Shown: positions 47,906 to 62,864 of the stretch, piece by piece | Layout of the letters: each line of letters opens with the position of its first letter | How positions within the stretch are numbered: the first letter of the stretch is position 1 | NCBI RefSeq assembly: GCF_009914755.1 | Contig: NC_060925.1 | Reading direction: 5' to 3' (one strand) | DNA: 64,000 nt | DNA from: the human T2T-CHM13v2.0 reference genome, Homo sapiens | The notes under the pieces: generated by a model | Database searches by the model: none | What the model saw: only the letters and a program-made list of their open reading frames with translations | Told to the model about the DNA's origin: nothing | Made by a program: the position numbers and the translations under genes

Positions 47906-48540
47906 GGCTTTCAGGGCTTTTCTTGGTCTTTCCTTAAAAAGACTTGGTAAATTTGCATGTCTTGTAAATCACTTTCTTCTTTTGTTTTCTTTTAAATTAA
48001 AAATGATGCTATTAAATACATCTATTTCTATCTTCTGCACTTTTCAGTCTTCTTTTGACATTAAATTTGACAGCTTAATGCAAGAGAATTATTACAAATG
48101 CCCATGAGCCTCATTCTGGTTACCACAGTTTGGTTTCCTTTATTAATTAGTGATTTTGCCATATCCTAAACTGTATCAATTCATAATAATTAGTGAGCTT
48201 CTTGGGCCACGTAATTTGGTTCAGCTTTATAACTTGTAAGTTCTAATTGGGCTTTACTAATAGAGAATTTACAGATCATATATTATCTCACTAATTATAT
48301 GTAATTGGAAAAAATGAATATTATTTTATGTATATAAACAACCCATCCTTCATGTATGAACAGATGTCTGTACACATCCGCCTTTATAGAGAGATATGTT
48401 GTAAACATATACAAACTGTATAAAATACTCAGGCTTTTTAAGCAGTTACGACAATTCAAATGGCTGTCAAAGTTCAAAACGTATTGTTCCTATTTGTAAT
48501 TCTAAAATTTAATAATGTTCCATTCAAATCACTTTTTTAG

Positions 48541-49658
48541 GTGATTGGGATATTAATAATCCTTCGTCTTCAAATGTGATTTATGATGAACAGTCACCAT
48601 TACCCCCATCTTCACATTTTGCTTCCATATTTGAAGAGTCTCACGTGCCAGTAATTGAAGAATCTTTGAGAGTTCAGATATGTGAAAAGGCAGAAGAATT
48701 AAAGGACATTGTGCCTGAAAAGAAAAGCACTTTAAATGAAAATCAGCCTGAGATAAAGCATCAGTCTCTTCTCCAGAAAAATGTGAGTAAGAGGGATCCA
48801 CCCAGCAGTCATGGGCACAGTAACAAGAAAAATCTATTAAAAGTAGAAAATGGTGTTACACGAAGAGGTAGATCGGTTAGTCCCAAAAAGCCAGCCAGTC
48901 AACATTCAGAGGAACATTTGGATAAGATTCCTAGTCCTCTAAAAAATAACCCCAAAAGAAGACCCAGAGATCAATCCCTCAGCCCCAGCAAAGGGGAAAA
49001 TAAAAGTTGTCAGGTCAGCACCAGGGCAGGCTCTGGACAAGATCAGTGCAGAAAAAGCAGAGGTCGGTCGGCCAGCCCAAAAAAGCAGCAAAAAATTGAA
49101 GGAAGCAAAGCTCCATCAAATGCTGAGGCCAAATTATTAGAGGGTAAGAGTCGAAGAATAGCAGGCTATACGGGCAGTAATGCTGAGCAGATCCCAGATG
49201 GGAAGGAAAAATCAGACGTCATCAGGAAAGATGCAAAGCAGAATCAGTTGGAAAAAAGCAGAACAAGGTCTCCAGAGAAAAAAATCAAAAGAATGGTTGA
49301 GAAATCTCTTCCATCCAAAATGACTAATAAGACTACAAGTAAAGAAGTATCTGAAAATGAAAAAGGAAAGAAAGTAACCACAGGAGAAACAAGTTCTAGT
49401 AACGATAAAATAGGAGAAAATGTCCAGCTATCAGAAAAGAGGCTGAAGCAAGAACCTGAAGAGAAGGTAGTTTCAAACAAAACAGAAGATCACAAAGGGA
49501 AAGAACTAGAGGCAGCTGACAAAAACAAAGAGACTGGAAGGTTCAAACCGGAAAGCAGTTCTCCAGTTAAGAAAACACTGATAACTCCAGGGCCCTGGAA
49601 GGTTCCAAGTGGAAATAAAGTCACAGGCACTATTGGTATGGCTGAGAAACGGCAGTAA
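48541..49658 (+). CDS. MAGI3: MAGI3 terminal coding exon, long isoform (basic Lys/Ser-rich low-complexity tail ending ...GMAEKRQ*)
   Basis: acttttttag|GT GAT TGG GAT ...; phase 1; contains the 360-aa ORF of the track. Confidence 0.94.
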
Positions 49659-51780
49659 CCTTTAGTATAAAACAAAGAAAAACAAGTTGTAATCTTTTCT
49701 TACAGCAGCATTTTTCCAGAAAAAGCCTTTTTTTTTTTTTCAGATATTCTGAAACAGATAAGTACATGTTAATGTGAGCCTCAAGTTACCTAGGCTGCAT
49801 GAAGGGCCTTTAGGATTGCTAAGAACCAACTGTCCCCCTGGCCGGCTGCCCTCCCTCGCTCTCAGGAAGGAGCTGCATCCACATGCTCATCTGACCCGCC
49901 CTGCTCAGGCTGCCCAGCTCGTCTTCATGAGTGTCTGAACAAATGACATATGTTGATATTAACAATGTGGTCACAACTCACTTTGTATTTGTGCCAAGTT
50001 ATCTACTGTATCATGTCTGTTTTTATCCTTTTTGTTCAGCTGTTTCCACAGTAATGAAAAAGTTAGGTTTGGCTTGGAAGTTGATGATCTCAATAGCATG
50101 TTGCATGTTTACAGAGAGAAATATGTGAGTCCTTGCAGAAGAAGAGACTGTTAACTCATCGTTAAAGATGGCCGTTGTCTCTTCTAACAGCTACTGATGA
50201 TGTCCCACTTTAAAAATAAAACCCCCAAACATCACTACTTTAAGGAAAAAAAAAATGTAGTCCAATATTGATGCTTTCTTATGGCTTTTTATTTTAATTT
50301 GGCTGGATAAGTTGTTTCAAATAACTGTTAAAGATATTACTTACAATTGAATGTTTGAAATAAGAAAGTACTTTAAGCAATAGAGTTCATCTCCTGCTGT
50401 GTTATCCAACCTCGATGTATACTTACAGCATCTCAGGTCACCCTTTTTATTTCAGTTATTTAATTATGAAACCATAAAGAAGCATGTGGAAATAGTGTTT
50501 ATTGCTCTTTGAAGAAAAACCACCAACTATTTCTGGATATTTTGGCTGTACCTACTACTAAAGTCATTAGTCTTTAATACATAATACATATTTGAAAAGT
50601 AAACATATTATATAGATTATGTGAGGGACTTAATCATGAAACCAGTTTCACAGTCCAAGTACCAACTCTTCTGGTAGCAGGTGCACAAGCTTGGGTGTTT
50701 AAAAACAACCTGTGTAGGGTATGCCCAGCAAATGAGGACAAATGTGTAGACAGTACTTACTGGATCTTATTTAACTTTTAGCTACATTAACTAACTTTCT
50801 TATTTAAAAACAAGAAAGGGAGACTAAACATCTGCTTAACTTGTACACATTTTCAGAATTCTTTTTAAAAGTCTAGTTAAAGATGTTTCTTAGAAGTTGG
50901 AGACTGTTAACAACTTCCATAAAATAGATCCAGGTTTTTCAGTTCCCTGAAGCAGCATTCAGTAGCATCTATATAAATAAAGGCACCTTCTGAGAATAAA
51001 ACTATTTTATGGAGTGTGTGAACACACTTGTTCTGTCACCTGGGTTCATCTTGTTGTGAAGCACATTAGGTCCAGGTCCTTCCCTCTGGGAGTCTGACTG
51101 TGAAACTCTTTAACCCAACAACTCAATTAGCCCCTGTAGATAAGACATGCTTCCCAGAGTGAGATTTTTGAAATCCCCTTTTCATCCAGAACTATATTTA
51201 CCCACCTATTGTAACTATTCAAATAGAGCAAAATTAGGAGGCTTGATAAATACTAAGAATTTAGTACCACAGAAATTATTTATTATTTTCCCTGTAGTCC
51301 ACAATTAGTGATAACGAATCCTATTTTTGTTAACTGTGACATAACTTTGATGTCATATGTTGTCCTATGTGGTTCTTCCTAAGTAAACTCTGTACTGATT
51401 ATATACTGACTTAGCAATGTGGCCTTGGAATGCTGAGCAAAATGTGGATGTACTGGTTGTAAATGTTTATATATTGTACAGTACCTTTATATATACACTT
51501 GAGGTTCTGATTAGAGAAAGATCTGTAAATTGCTCATTATTTTTTATATAGATATTTAAAAAAAACAGTTTATGGCCTGCATTTCTTTTACTGTCACATT
51601 GGTTTAATGTTGCTTTCTAATGGTGGAGCTAGGTCCCATCATAGTCTGAGTCCTCAAATAGATTTTGTCCCTCCAAGTAACAAACTTTCAAAGTCCTAAA
51701 ATCAGGAAGAGTCTTATAATAATGATTTTACCTCTATAGGTATACTTTTATTTATTTATAAATAGAGTTTGAAATTCTTT
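49659..51780 (+). other. MAGI3: MAGI3 3'UTR (3' end approximate)
   Basis: Repeat-free AU-rich sequence after the stop, with AATAAA at 50215, 50976 and 50995. The exact cleavage site cannot be determined from sequence alone. Confidence 0.65.
50976..51000 (+). terminator. Tandem AATAAA polyadenylation signals in the MAGI3 3'UTR
   Basis: AATAAA at 50976-50981 and 50995-51000, followed by GU/U-rich sequence. Confidence 0.55.
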
Positions 51781-52163
51781 AGAGTTGAATATCATTATAA
51801 CCATTTTTCATCTTTCATTGTAAAGAAAATAGCTTTGGATAAATAATTTGCTACTGAAAATCCTTTCTTAACACTGTTGGGGAGAGAAGAGGAGTTTCTC
51901 ATTGGAAATTCAGCTACTAGACATTTATAATGGATATAGTAATATCAGTCCAGTTACTACAAGGTCACAAAATCCCATTTCATCAGACTAATGATTCACA
52001 TTATCTTTAAAGATCATTTATTTAGTTTTATACTTACTTTTAGAATGTTTTGACTTAACTCGGTATGAAAAGTGCCTAAAACCTACTTCAAGACCACGGT
52101 TAATTTTATACTCTTTTAAGGTGAAATATAAATTCCCACTTACCATTGCAAGAACGCATACTA

Positions 52164-52497
<334 letters not shown>

Positions 52498-53356
52498 TTA
52501 GTTCCCAGACCCCACAGTGAAGATGTGCCATAGCAGAGGCTGCAGAAACAAACAGGCAGTAAAATCGTTTTGTTGTTTTAGTGAACATATTTTCTTACTG
52601 GTCACAACAGGGAGAAAAGCTTTGAGATATTATTACATTGTCTCCCTAGTGAGATTAGAAGGCTAAGATCCTATGATATTGTCTTTAGTTACATCAGTCT
52701 TGGACCAGGCAGCTTTTGAACAGGAACAACTCTTATTTCAGAAGTCTTGGATCCAGAAAGGCACTTGGCTTTTTATTCTACATGAGAATACCTTGTTACT
52801 TCCCTTTTTAATAGCAAGATTTAAAAGAGAAATAAATGTAATCATGTAGAAGTAAAACCAAATGCTTTTAAACATGTAGACAAAGAATTATTTTATGTTT
52901 AATATGTCCACCATTCAAAGAGTAAGGATTTATAAGGCAAGGAGTATTCAGATTAAACTGTATAAAACAAACAGTCTCACTAATGACTTCCAGAAAGCTG
53001 TATTTAAGTTGAAGCTTAGTCCACAGTGGAGCTAAGGAACATTGATATAAATAAACTTGTTACAAAATGTGACATTTCAGTCTGGTATGAGGAATACATC
53101 AGAGCAAGTTTTTACATCATCATGGCATGCTCCAAGGCCTAAAAACTATTTGTGCTTTGAAACAATAACATTTATTTATTCGGGTGGCTCTTTTCTGGTT
53201 CTATTAGAGTTTATCGGGAATATGACTTGTTTAAAGCATGTCATTATTACATGGAATCTATAATCTTTGCTTTTAGCTAGCTGAATTAACTTAATATATC
53301 AACTAAGTTGGATATTTTTTCAACATTGCTAGGCAAGTAGCCTTAAGAATTATAAA

Positions 53357-53785
<429 letters not shown>

Positions 53786-53855
53786 AAAAAAAAAAAAATT
53801 TTTTTTTAAGTAGTATAATAAGGGAGTATGAAGGCTTATAAGGAGTTAGAATTCT

Positions 53856-54150
<295 letters not shown>

Positions 54151-54350
54151 TTCTATTTAATAGAAAACTCTGAATCTTTCTTATGTATACATTAAAATAG
54201 GAAAACATAGCCAAGAGCTTTAATTTAGCCTAAACCTATATCTTGACAAATAATCCTGTGGGTATTTTGCAATACTGCATTCAAGTCAAGCCTAACTATT
54301 AGCAAATACACAAATCAAGAGACATATTTTGTCCTTAATAAAAGATAATC

Positions 54351-54668
54351 GGCTGGGCACAGTGGCTCACGCGTGTATTCCCAACACTTTGGGAGGCCGA
54401 GGCAGGTGGATCACAAGGTCAGGAGATCGAGACCATCCTGGCTAACACAGTGAAATCCCGTATCTACTGAAAATACAAAAAATTAGCCAGGCGTGGTTGC
54501 ACGCGCCTGTAGTCCCAGCTACTCAAGAGGCTGAGGCAGGGGAATTACTTGAACCTGGGAGGCAGAAGTTGCAATGAGCCAAGATCGCACCACTGCACTC
54601 CAGCTTGGGTGACAGAGCGAGACTCCATCTCAAAAAAATTAAAAAAAAAAAAAATAGAAAAATAAAAG
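54351..54668 (+). mobile_element. Alu (AluSc/Y-like)
   Basis: Full dimer. Confidence 0.9.
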
Positions 54669-55178
54669 ACAACCATTTATTAACTAGAGTAATACCCTAT
54701 TATACCTTATAGGCTCAGGATATGCTGCAGGAAAGGTATAGAATTATTGCACATTTGTGAAACTCACACTTCACTATTCAACATGGGCCCCAATAACAGC
54801 AGGGAGCAAAGGATTACTAAACTAGCCAGTACATGAATAGATTAGGTTTAATGAATTAACTCCCAAGTGACACACTGTATTTGGAAGAGAGACTCATCTA
54901 GCCTATTATGAGTGTGTAGATCTAAAAGTTTTCACACATAAATTTCATTAATTTGAAAGATTATTTTTAAACTGCATAGGTCCACTTGCCTCTAAATAAA
55001 ATGAACCTAAAATAAAAACAAACTATACTTTGTGAGACATCCTGGTATTTAGAATTTTTCTACCTGTCTCTGAAAGTCAGAACCATACTCCAATGAGGCA
55101 AGTATTTGGTTATTCAACTTCTCAAAGTGTTTATATTATACATGGGCCATATTGTACATATTTAGAAAGTCTGTAGAT

Positions 55179-55691
55179 CAGCAGTCCCCAACCTTTTTGG
55201 CACCAGAGACTGATTTCATGGAAGGCAATTTTTCCACGGACCTGGGGGCAGGGAGAAGGGATGCAGGGAGGGGGTGGTTTCAGGATGATTCAAGTGCATT
55301 ACATTTACTGTGCACTTTATTATTTCATTGTAATATATAATGAAATAATTATACAACTCACCATAATGTAGAATCAGTGGGAGCCCCAAGCTTGTTTTCT
55401 TGCAACTAGACGTCCCATCTGGAAGTGACGGGAGACAGTGACAGATCATCAGGCATTAGATTCTCATAAGGAGCACACGACCTAGATCCTCGCATGCACA
55501 GTCCACAACAGGGTTCACGCTCCTCTAAGAATCCAATGCTGCTGCTGACCTGACAGAGGTGACCTGACAGAGGTGGAGCTCAGGCAGTAATGCAAGCAGT
55601 GTGAGCAGCTGTAAATACAGATGAAGCTTCACTCTCACCTGCAGCTCACCTCCTGCTGTTCAGCGTGGGTGTGGGTGGCTGGGGACCCCTG
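55179..55691. mobile_element. MER1A (hAT-Charlie non-autonomous DNA transposon)
   Basis: Ends CAGCAGTCCCCAACC and GGCTGGGGACCCCTG; internal CATCAGGCATTAGATTCTCATAAGGAGC; ~510 bp; degenerate 8-bp TSD (5/8 match). Confidence 0.85.
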
Positions 55692-55986
55692 TGGTATATT
55701 ATACACCCACAGCAACTTTAGGAGAGATAATTTTTCCCAATATAACTGCAGATTATAAAATTAAGTCAACAGGTATTTTTCTTACCCTTCTATGGTTATT
55801 ACTATTCCAACTAAATGTATGAATGGCCTAATCTAATTGTTTTTACATCTTGGTTTAATTTCTCAGTAACAAGTAATTATCACCAAAATCTCATTCCTTT
55901 TTTGAAATCAAAACAAAAGCCCAAGTTCCTAGAAATTATTATACAGGGATAAATGAGGCACTGAAGGTGGGAGAACCATGAAATTA

Positions 55987-58525
55987 CAGTTGATCCTTGA
56001 ACAACATGGGTTTGAATGGTGTGGGTCCACTTATATACAGGCCTTTTTCTGTAAGTATATTGGAAAATTTTTTTGAGATTTGTGGCAATTTGAAAAAACA
56101 AACCATGTAGCCTAGAAATATAGAAAAATTAAAAAGTTATATAGATACTAGCCTATTTTATCATTTACTATAAAATACACACAAATCTATTATAAAAAGT
56201 TAAAATTTATAAAAACATACAAACAAACTGTACATGGCACCATTCACGGTTGAGAGAAATGTAAACAAAGATACAGTATTAAATCATAACTGCATAAAAT
56301 TAACTGTAGTACATACTGAGCTACTATAATTATTTTGTAGTTACCTCCTGTTGCTATTGTGGTGAACTCAAGTGTCAAAAGATCTGTTTAAAACACCATG
56401 TGATGCTAATCATCTCTGTGTGAGCAGTTCATCTCTCCATAAACCGTGGATCACAGTAAAAAGTGATCCCTTGCGGTTCTTGCATATTTTTCATGGTTAG
56501 TGCAATACTGTAAACCTTGAGGACATAAAAACTGCAGGACCCATATGAAGCACCACCAGTCATAGAAGTGCTCCCAAGAAGCACAGAAGAGTCATGACAT
56601 TACAAGAAAAAGTTGAGTTGCTTGATACCATAGATTGGGGTCTGTGGTTGCCCACCATTTCAAGATAAATGAGTCCAGCATAAGGACCATTGTAAAAGAA
56701 AGAAGGAAAGAGAAGAAAGAAGGAAGGACGGAAGGAAGGAAGGGAGGGAGGGAGGGAGGGAGGGAGGGAGGGAGGAAAGAAAAGAAAAACTCATGAAGCT
56801 TTTGCTGCAGTTATGCCACCAGGCATGAAAACCTTGCACTTTTTGTGAAATAGCTTTTAACTTGCATTTAAAATGCAGCTTCATGTGAGTATGGGAGTGC
56901 TCTAAGGCATATCTATAGATTCCAATGTGATTCAAGAAAAAGCAAAGTTATATGACAAAGCAAAAGGAAAGTAGATTTGCTGATGAAGAAGCAGCAGACG
57001 AGTTCACAGATGCCATTCAGAAGATAACTGAGAAGAAAAGATATCTGCCTTAACAGGTTTTTAATGCAGAAGAAAGTGCCTATTCTGGGAAATAATGCCA
57101 CAAAGGAAATTTATTAGAAAGAGAAGCAAGCACCATGATTTAGGCAGGAAAGGATAAGCTAATACTGTGCAAATGCAGTTGTGTTTACGATCAGGACTAC
57201 ACATATCTGTAAACCTGCTAACCCCCAAGCCTTGAAGAAGAAGAAGAAAAAAAAACACCAGCTGACAGTCTTTTGGTTGTATACCAAGAAGTCCTAGACA
57301 ATGAGAACCCTTTTTCTGGATTGGTTCTGTCAATGCTTTGTCCCTAAAGTCAGGAAGTACCTTGCTAGTAAGACACTACCTTTGAAAGTTCTTTTGATAC
57401 TGGACAATGCCCCTGGCCACCTAAAACCCCATAAATTCAACACCAAAGCAATGAAGTGGTCTCTGTGCTCCCAAACACAACATCTTTAATTCAGGAATAA
57501 GGGGGTCATAAGGACTTTTTAGATCCATTACACACAGTACTCTGGAAAGGACTGTCAATACTGTGAAAGAGAACCCCAAGAGAGAACATTATGAAAATCT
57601 GGAAGGAATGATTATGCCATGCCACTGAAAATGCCATCATTGTTACAGAAAAAGCTGTGAAAGCCAACAAGCCCAAAACAATAAATTCTGGCTGGAGAAA
57701 CCTGTGCAGATGTTGTGCATAACTTCATAGGATTTACAAAAGAGTCAATCAAGGAAATCATGAAAGAGATTGTGGATGTGGCAAAAAAAGTGGGGTGTGA
57801 AGGGTTTCAAGAGAAATTCAGGAGCTAATAAACCCCACACCATAGGAATTAACAGATGACTTGTTGATGGAGACGAGTGCTTCCAAATCAGTGCAAGATG
57901 ATGAGGAAGAAAACTTAGAAGCAATGCCAAAGAACAAGATGATGTAAGACAATCTGGCAGAAGGGTTCCAATTATTCAAGGCTGCTTTTGACTTCTTTTA
58001 CAACATGGACTCTTCTATGATATGGACACTGAAACTAAAGCAAACAGTAGAAGAACGATTGGTACCATATGGAAACATTTTTAGAGAAATGAAAAAAGCA
58101 AAAAGTCCAATTACAATGTATTTCTGTAAAGTTAGATCAAGTGTGACTGCCTCTTGTGCTTCCCCTTCCACCTGTGCCACCCCTGACTCAGCAAGACCAA
58201 CCGCTCCTCTTCCTCCTCAGTCTACTCAATGTGAAGATGACAAAGAGGAAGACTTTTATGATGATCCACTTCTCCTTAATGAATGGAAAATATGCTTTCT
58301 CTTTCTTAGGATTTTCTTTATAACATTTGTCTTTTGTCTAGCTCACTTTAAGAATACAGTATATAATACAAATAACATACAAAATGTGTTGATTGATTGT
58401 GTTACTGGCAAGACTCCCAGTCAACTGTAAGCTATTAAGTTTTGGGGGCATCAGAGTTACACATGAATTTTTTACAGGAAAGGAGGATAGTGCCCCTAAC
58501 CCCTGCATTGCTCAAGAATCAAATG
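55987..58525 (+). mobile_element. Tigger2 DNA transposon, near full-length, decayed transposase
   Basis: TA|CAGTTGATCCTTGAACAAC...TTGCTCAAGAATCAAATG|TA; DDE remnant VLLILDNAPGH in ORF 57301-57489; internal (GGAA)/(GGGA)n at ~56700-56790. Confidence 0.88.
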
Positions 58526-59329
58526 TATGACCCTTCTATCCTAACAGAAAAAAAAACTACACAAATGGTAAATTACTTGAGGTCTATTCTTCATTCAACA
58601 CATTTTTATTGAACACCTATTATATGTTCTGGGGACAAGAAGAAGTCTCTGCCTTCAAGGGACTTACACTGTAGCGGGAAAGGAAACGACAGACAGTCAA
58701 AAAATAAACACGATAAAATTGTGGTAAGTGCCATGAAGGAAATCAATAAGGCGATATAACTGATAATGGATAAAATGGGTAACTACTTTAACTAGGGTCA
58801 TCAGAGAAGGCCCTCTAAGGAACTGACAGCTGACAGCTGAGAGATAAGCAGCAGCCAGCCAGAGATGAACCTAAGAAAATATATTCCAGGCAGATGAAAC
58901 AAGCTTGCACAAGCCTGATATGAGAAAGAACCTGGAATAATAGAAGAGCAGAGGGAGGTCAGTGTGGTAGTGAGGTAAAGGAGTGAGGCTGTAAAGTAAA
59001 GGAGGTGAAGCTGGAAGGCAAGGTAAGCATGATAATGAAGGGCCTTGGAAGCCACCAAAGAGAAAGCTAGGAAAGGTTTAAGTAGGAACAATGTTAGTTT
59101 CCAAATTTTGAGGCTCATTCATGTGGCTATGAAAAACCAACTGTAGGAGACAAGAATGGAAACAGACCAGTGGGTCACACAGTAGTCCAAGTGAGAGTGA
59201 AGGAGGTTTAACCTAGTAGCTGTGGAAATGTAGAACTGGCATGACATGGTAGTAGATTAGATATGGAGCTTTCAGCCTGAGCAATTGGAGAAACTCATTT
59301 ACTAAGGTAAGGAAGAGTTGTTTTACTCT

Positions 59330-60840
59330 TCAACTTACAAACAACTGAAAAACAATTTTAAAAATATGAAAAAAAATGGATTTTAGATATAGACACCAGG
59401 CAGCACAGGACAGTAGAATTAAACAAGGTGAGTCCCATGATTGCTCCAAGATTATTGCATACAGGCAGTTTTACAAGGAGGCAGTTTCTAGGCTGTGGTG
59501 CAAGAAGGGAGAATCCAAAAAGAACCAAGCAGTCTTGCTGAGTTGAGGAGACAGAATTGAGAATTTGGGGAAGGCCTGGGGTCTAGAATTTTAGGTAGGA
59601 GTACCAGAGAGAATGCAGCTGCACAGAAAGGGAGGGGCTCCAGAGACATGCAGAGGGCTCCTTTCAAGTCTTTGGCTGAATATTGATCAGCACAAGCATG
59701 TGAGGGAATACCCAAGAACAGGTTAAGAACCTCCAAGAAGCAGGCAGAAAAATTCCAAAGTTCACACAAGTCTGGGAATAGTTCATGCTACTACAGCCAA
59801 AGAAAAAACCTCATAATGAACAGAGCATCAGGTAGAGTACTCAGAAGGATATTGCTTCAGTAAATAGAGAAAAACTAAAGGCTGCTCTTGCCCACCTAGC
59901 AAAGCTTAAAAGCAAGCCTTGAAATAATCAGACTGTTTCCAATAACTTTACAGTGTTCCAAAACAAAGCTCTCAAGAATATTTAAAAGACTACCAAGAAT
60001 ACACACATACACACAAAAACCAACAGCATAAAATTCATAGCCAATAAAAAATTACCAGGCATGCAAAACAGCAGTACAATGACCCAAAATGAGGGGGGAA
60101 AATGACCCCAATAACTGTTTTAATATCTTTATATACTATTCCTATTATAAATGTATTATGTTAAATGAGGTAGAGAAAAGAATACTCATGTTAAAGATAG
60201 ACATGGAAGATATAAAAAAGACCAAAATCAAACTTCTAGAGATGAAAAATGTATAGGATGGGATCAATAGCAAATTAGTGCAAAAAAAGCAAACTTGAAG
60301 GCACAGCAAAAGAAACCATCCAAAATTAAAACAAAGAAAAGGTTGGAAAAACATATAAAGCATCAATGAGTTGAGGAACAACTTCAAGCAGTCTAATATA
60401 CATGTAAATTTGAGTCCCAGAAGGAAGAAGTAAGAGTAGACTATAGAAAATTTATTTTAAGGAATAGCAAAAATTTTTCCAAACTGTATGTGAAAATAGA
60501 AAACTACATATAAAAAATATGATTACAAACCCACAGATCCAGTAAGTTCAACAAACCCCAAGCACAGAACACATGAAGAAAGCTAAACCAATGTACCCTA
60601 TAATTGAATTGCACAAATTCAATGGTAAAAAGAAAAATCTTAAAAGTAGCCAGAGTTTTTAAAAAAAAAAGAAAGAAAAAAGACACTTAACATACAGAGG
60701 AGCAAAGATTAGAGTGACTGTAGACTTCTTGTCAGAAACAATGCAACAACCCAGGAGGTAACAGCACAACCACATCTTTAAACCTAGAATTTTATACCCA
60801 GCAAAAGTATCTTTCAAACATAAAGATTTAAAATCTTTCT
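59330..60840 (+). mobile_element. Old L1M 5'UTR/ORF1 fragment nested in L2-like sequence
   Basis: ORF1-like DNA motifs (AAAATCTTAAAAGTAGCCAGAG, GACTTCTTGTCAGAAACAATGCA, CCTAGAATTTTATACCCAGCAAAA). Boundaries approximate. Confidence 0.65.
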
Positions 60841-62112
60841 CAATAGGGTAGGCCTACACACCTTGCTAAAAGGATTTTGGATTTTTATCTTCAAAGTGCT
60901 AGTAAGCCACTGATGGATTCTAAATGATGAGACTTACATTTCAGAAAAGACATATTACATTTTTGAGATGAGTGGGTTAGGTGTGGGGGAAAGAGGAATC
61001 AAGCATACATAAGAGCAGAGATAGCAGAAACTTGCTCAAAAAACAAAGGATGCTGACTTAAATAAGAGCAGTGGCAGTGGGGAGGAAGAAGAGTGGACTG
61101 ATGAGAAAGATATCTAGAAGATAATTATTCAAAGACTCAGTGATTGATTGGATGTGAGGTATGAGGAAGAAAAATGAGTCAAGAATCATTCCTAAGTTTC
61201 TGATATGATTAACTATACTTACACATAATTTTACCCACCTGAAAAATAATTTAAACCAATATACACCATCAAAACCACAACTGAAGCAATCCACACAATT
61301 GAATTAATATACTCTAAACACTGCTTTTAAACTAAGAATTAACTGTGTAAAAGTTGTACATAAAAATAGAACAGCATTTTTGTAGAAGAAAAAGATGAAG
61401 GCATCAGTTTTCATTTGAAATCTGCAGTGAGCTCAATTTTGGATTTGAGATCACTGCTACTGTTCCCTATGGAAACAGTAAAAGCATGGTTTCTATGAAC
61501 CATCTGTTGAGATGCTGAAGTGCTTCTACAGAACACTGCCTTCTAAAGGTTTATCACTATAATGGAGTTTTGCCATTTAAAAAATTATAACTCATGTATA
61601 AAAGGCTGCATATTTTTGGTAATCAACTTCTAGTTCAGCAACCTTGCTTTCCATGTTTCTATCTTCACAGTTAGGAATTATCAGTGAGATTTTTTTTAAG
61701 GACTTTAAATAGTAGTAACACATTTATTGTAGATTTGCTGAGTACTAAATACTTTACACTGTGCAAGTACCTTACATGACAACCTCATTTAATCTTAACA
61801 ACCTTATTATGTAGTTATTATCCCCACTTGTAGTTATTATCCCCATAAATGGGTTAACAAGTGAGAAAATTGATATACAAAGAGCTAATATGTGGCAGGG
61901 CCAAAGATTTGAACCCAGAAAGGTCTGACCTCAATCCCTGGACTCTTCAGAGATCCACCTCTAAACCTCACAAATATTCCTGCTTATTAGAAAATGTGCA
62001 ACTGATCCTCTGATTTTAAATGAATACATGCTTTACATGTAATAACCAAGTTTCTAAATTATGTTTATTTAAAACTTCACAAAACCTTATCATTAAAATG
62101 TTCAAGCTTTCA

Positions 62113-62349
<237 letters not shown>

Positions 62350-62858
62350 TTATAAGTAGACTATTAGAGCTTTCATTAACATATGTATATGCATGTGTAT
62401 AACAGGATGCTGCATTACAGAACCTGTATCATCAGAGGCATGGCATGGCCGATTATAGACACTGAGGACCTGAAAATGTACGGAGGGTTTAATACATTAA
62501 GTTGCACAACTGATAAACTATCAATGATGCTTGTGATAGGACACATAGCACTGTGTTAGGAACCACAACTCAGATGATCTATATGGAAACAATGCTTCCA
62601 TGGCTTCCACATAGAACGTGGAAACCATGTTGTATGATGGAAATGGATGAGTAGGCATATACTTAAATTTTTCATGCTGAATTACATGGCATATTGTATG
62701 CATGCATCGTTTGCCAACAACTATACAGTTATTAACCCAAAATCGTAAACGAACAAAACATTTCTCCACAGTTTAACAGAAACTCACAGTTTAAAAGTTA
62801 ATTTTCTTCCTTCAACAACAAAGAAAACCTAGAAACTGAAAGTCTCCAGTAAAGTTCT

Positions 62859-62864
62859 TTTATT
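62859..62864 (-). terminator. Probable PHTF1 polyadenylation signal
   Basis: TTTATT on + (AATAAA on -), ~480 nt after the stop, with U-rich sequence downstream on the - strand. Confidence 0.6.

Noticed and set aside
49244-49675. Antisense ORFs over the MAGI3 terminal exon
   Set aside because: Shadow ORFs of the Lys/Glu-rich sense frame, with no independent evidence.
57301-58430. Tigger2 transposase ORF fragments as a possible domesticated gene
   Set aside because: They are short, split by many stops and frameshifts, and interrupted by a microsatellite, as expected for neutral decay.
61810-61846. 19-nt tandem duplication TGTAGTTATTATCCCCA (similar short duplications at ~13063 and ~55547)
   Set aside because: Ordinary slippage duplications inside old repeats.
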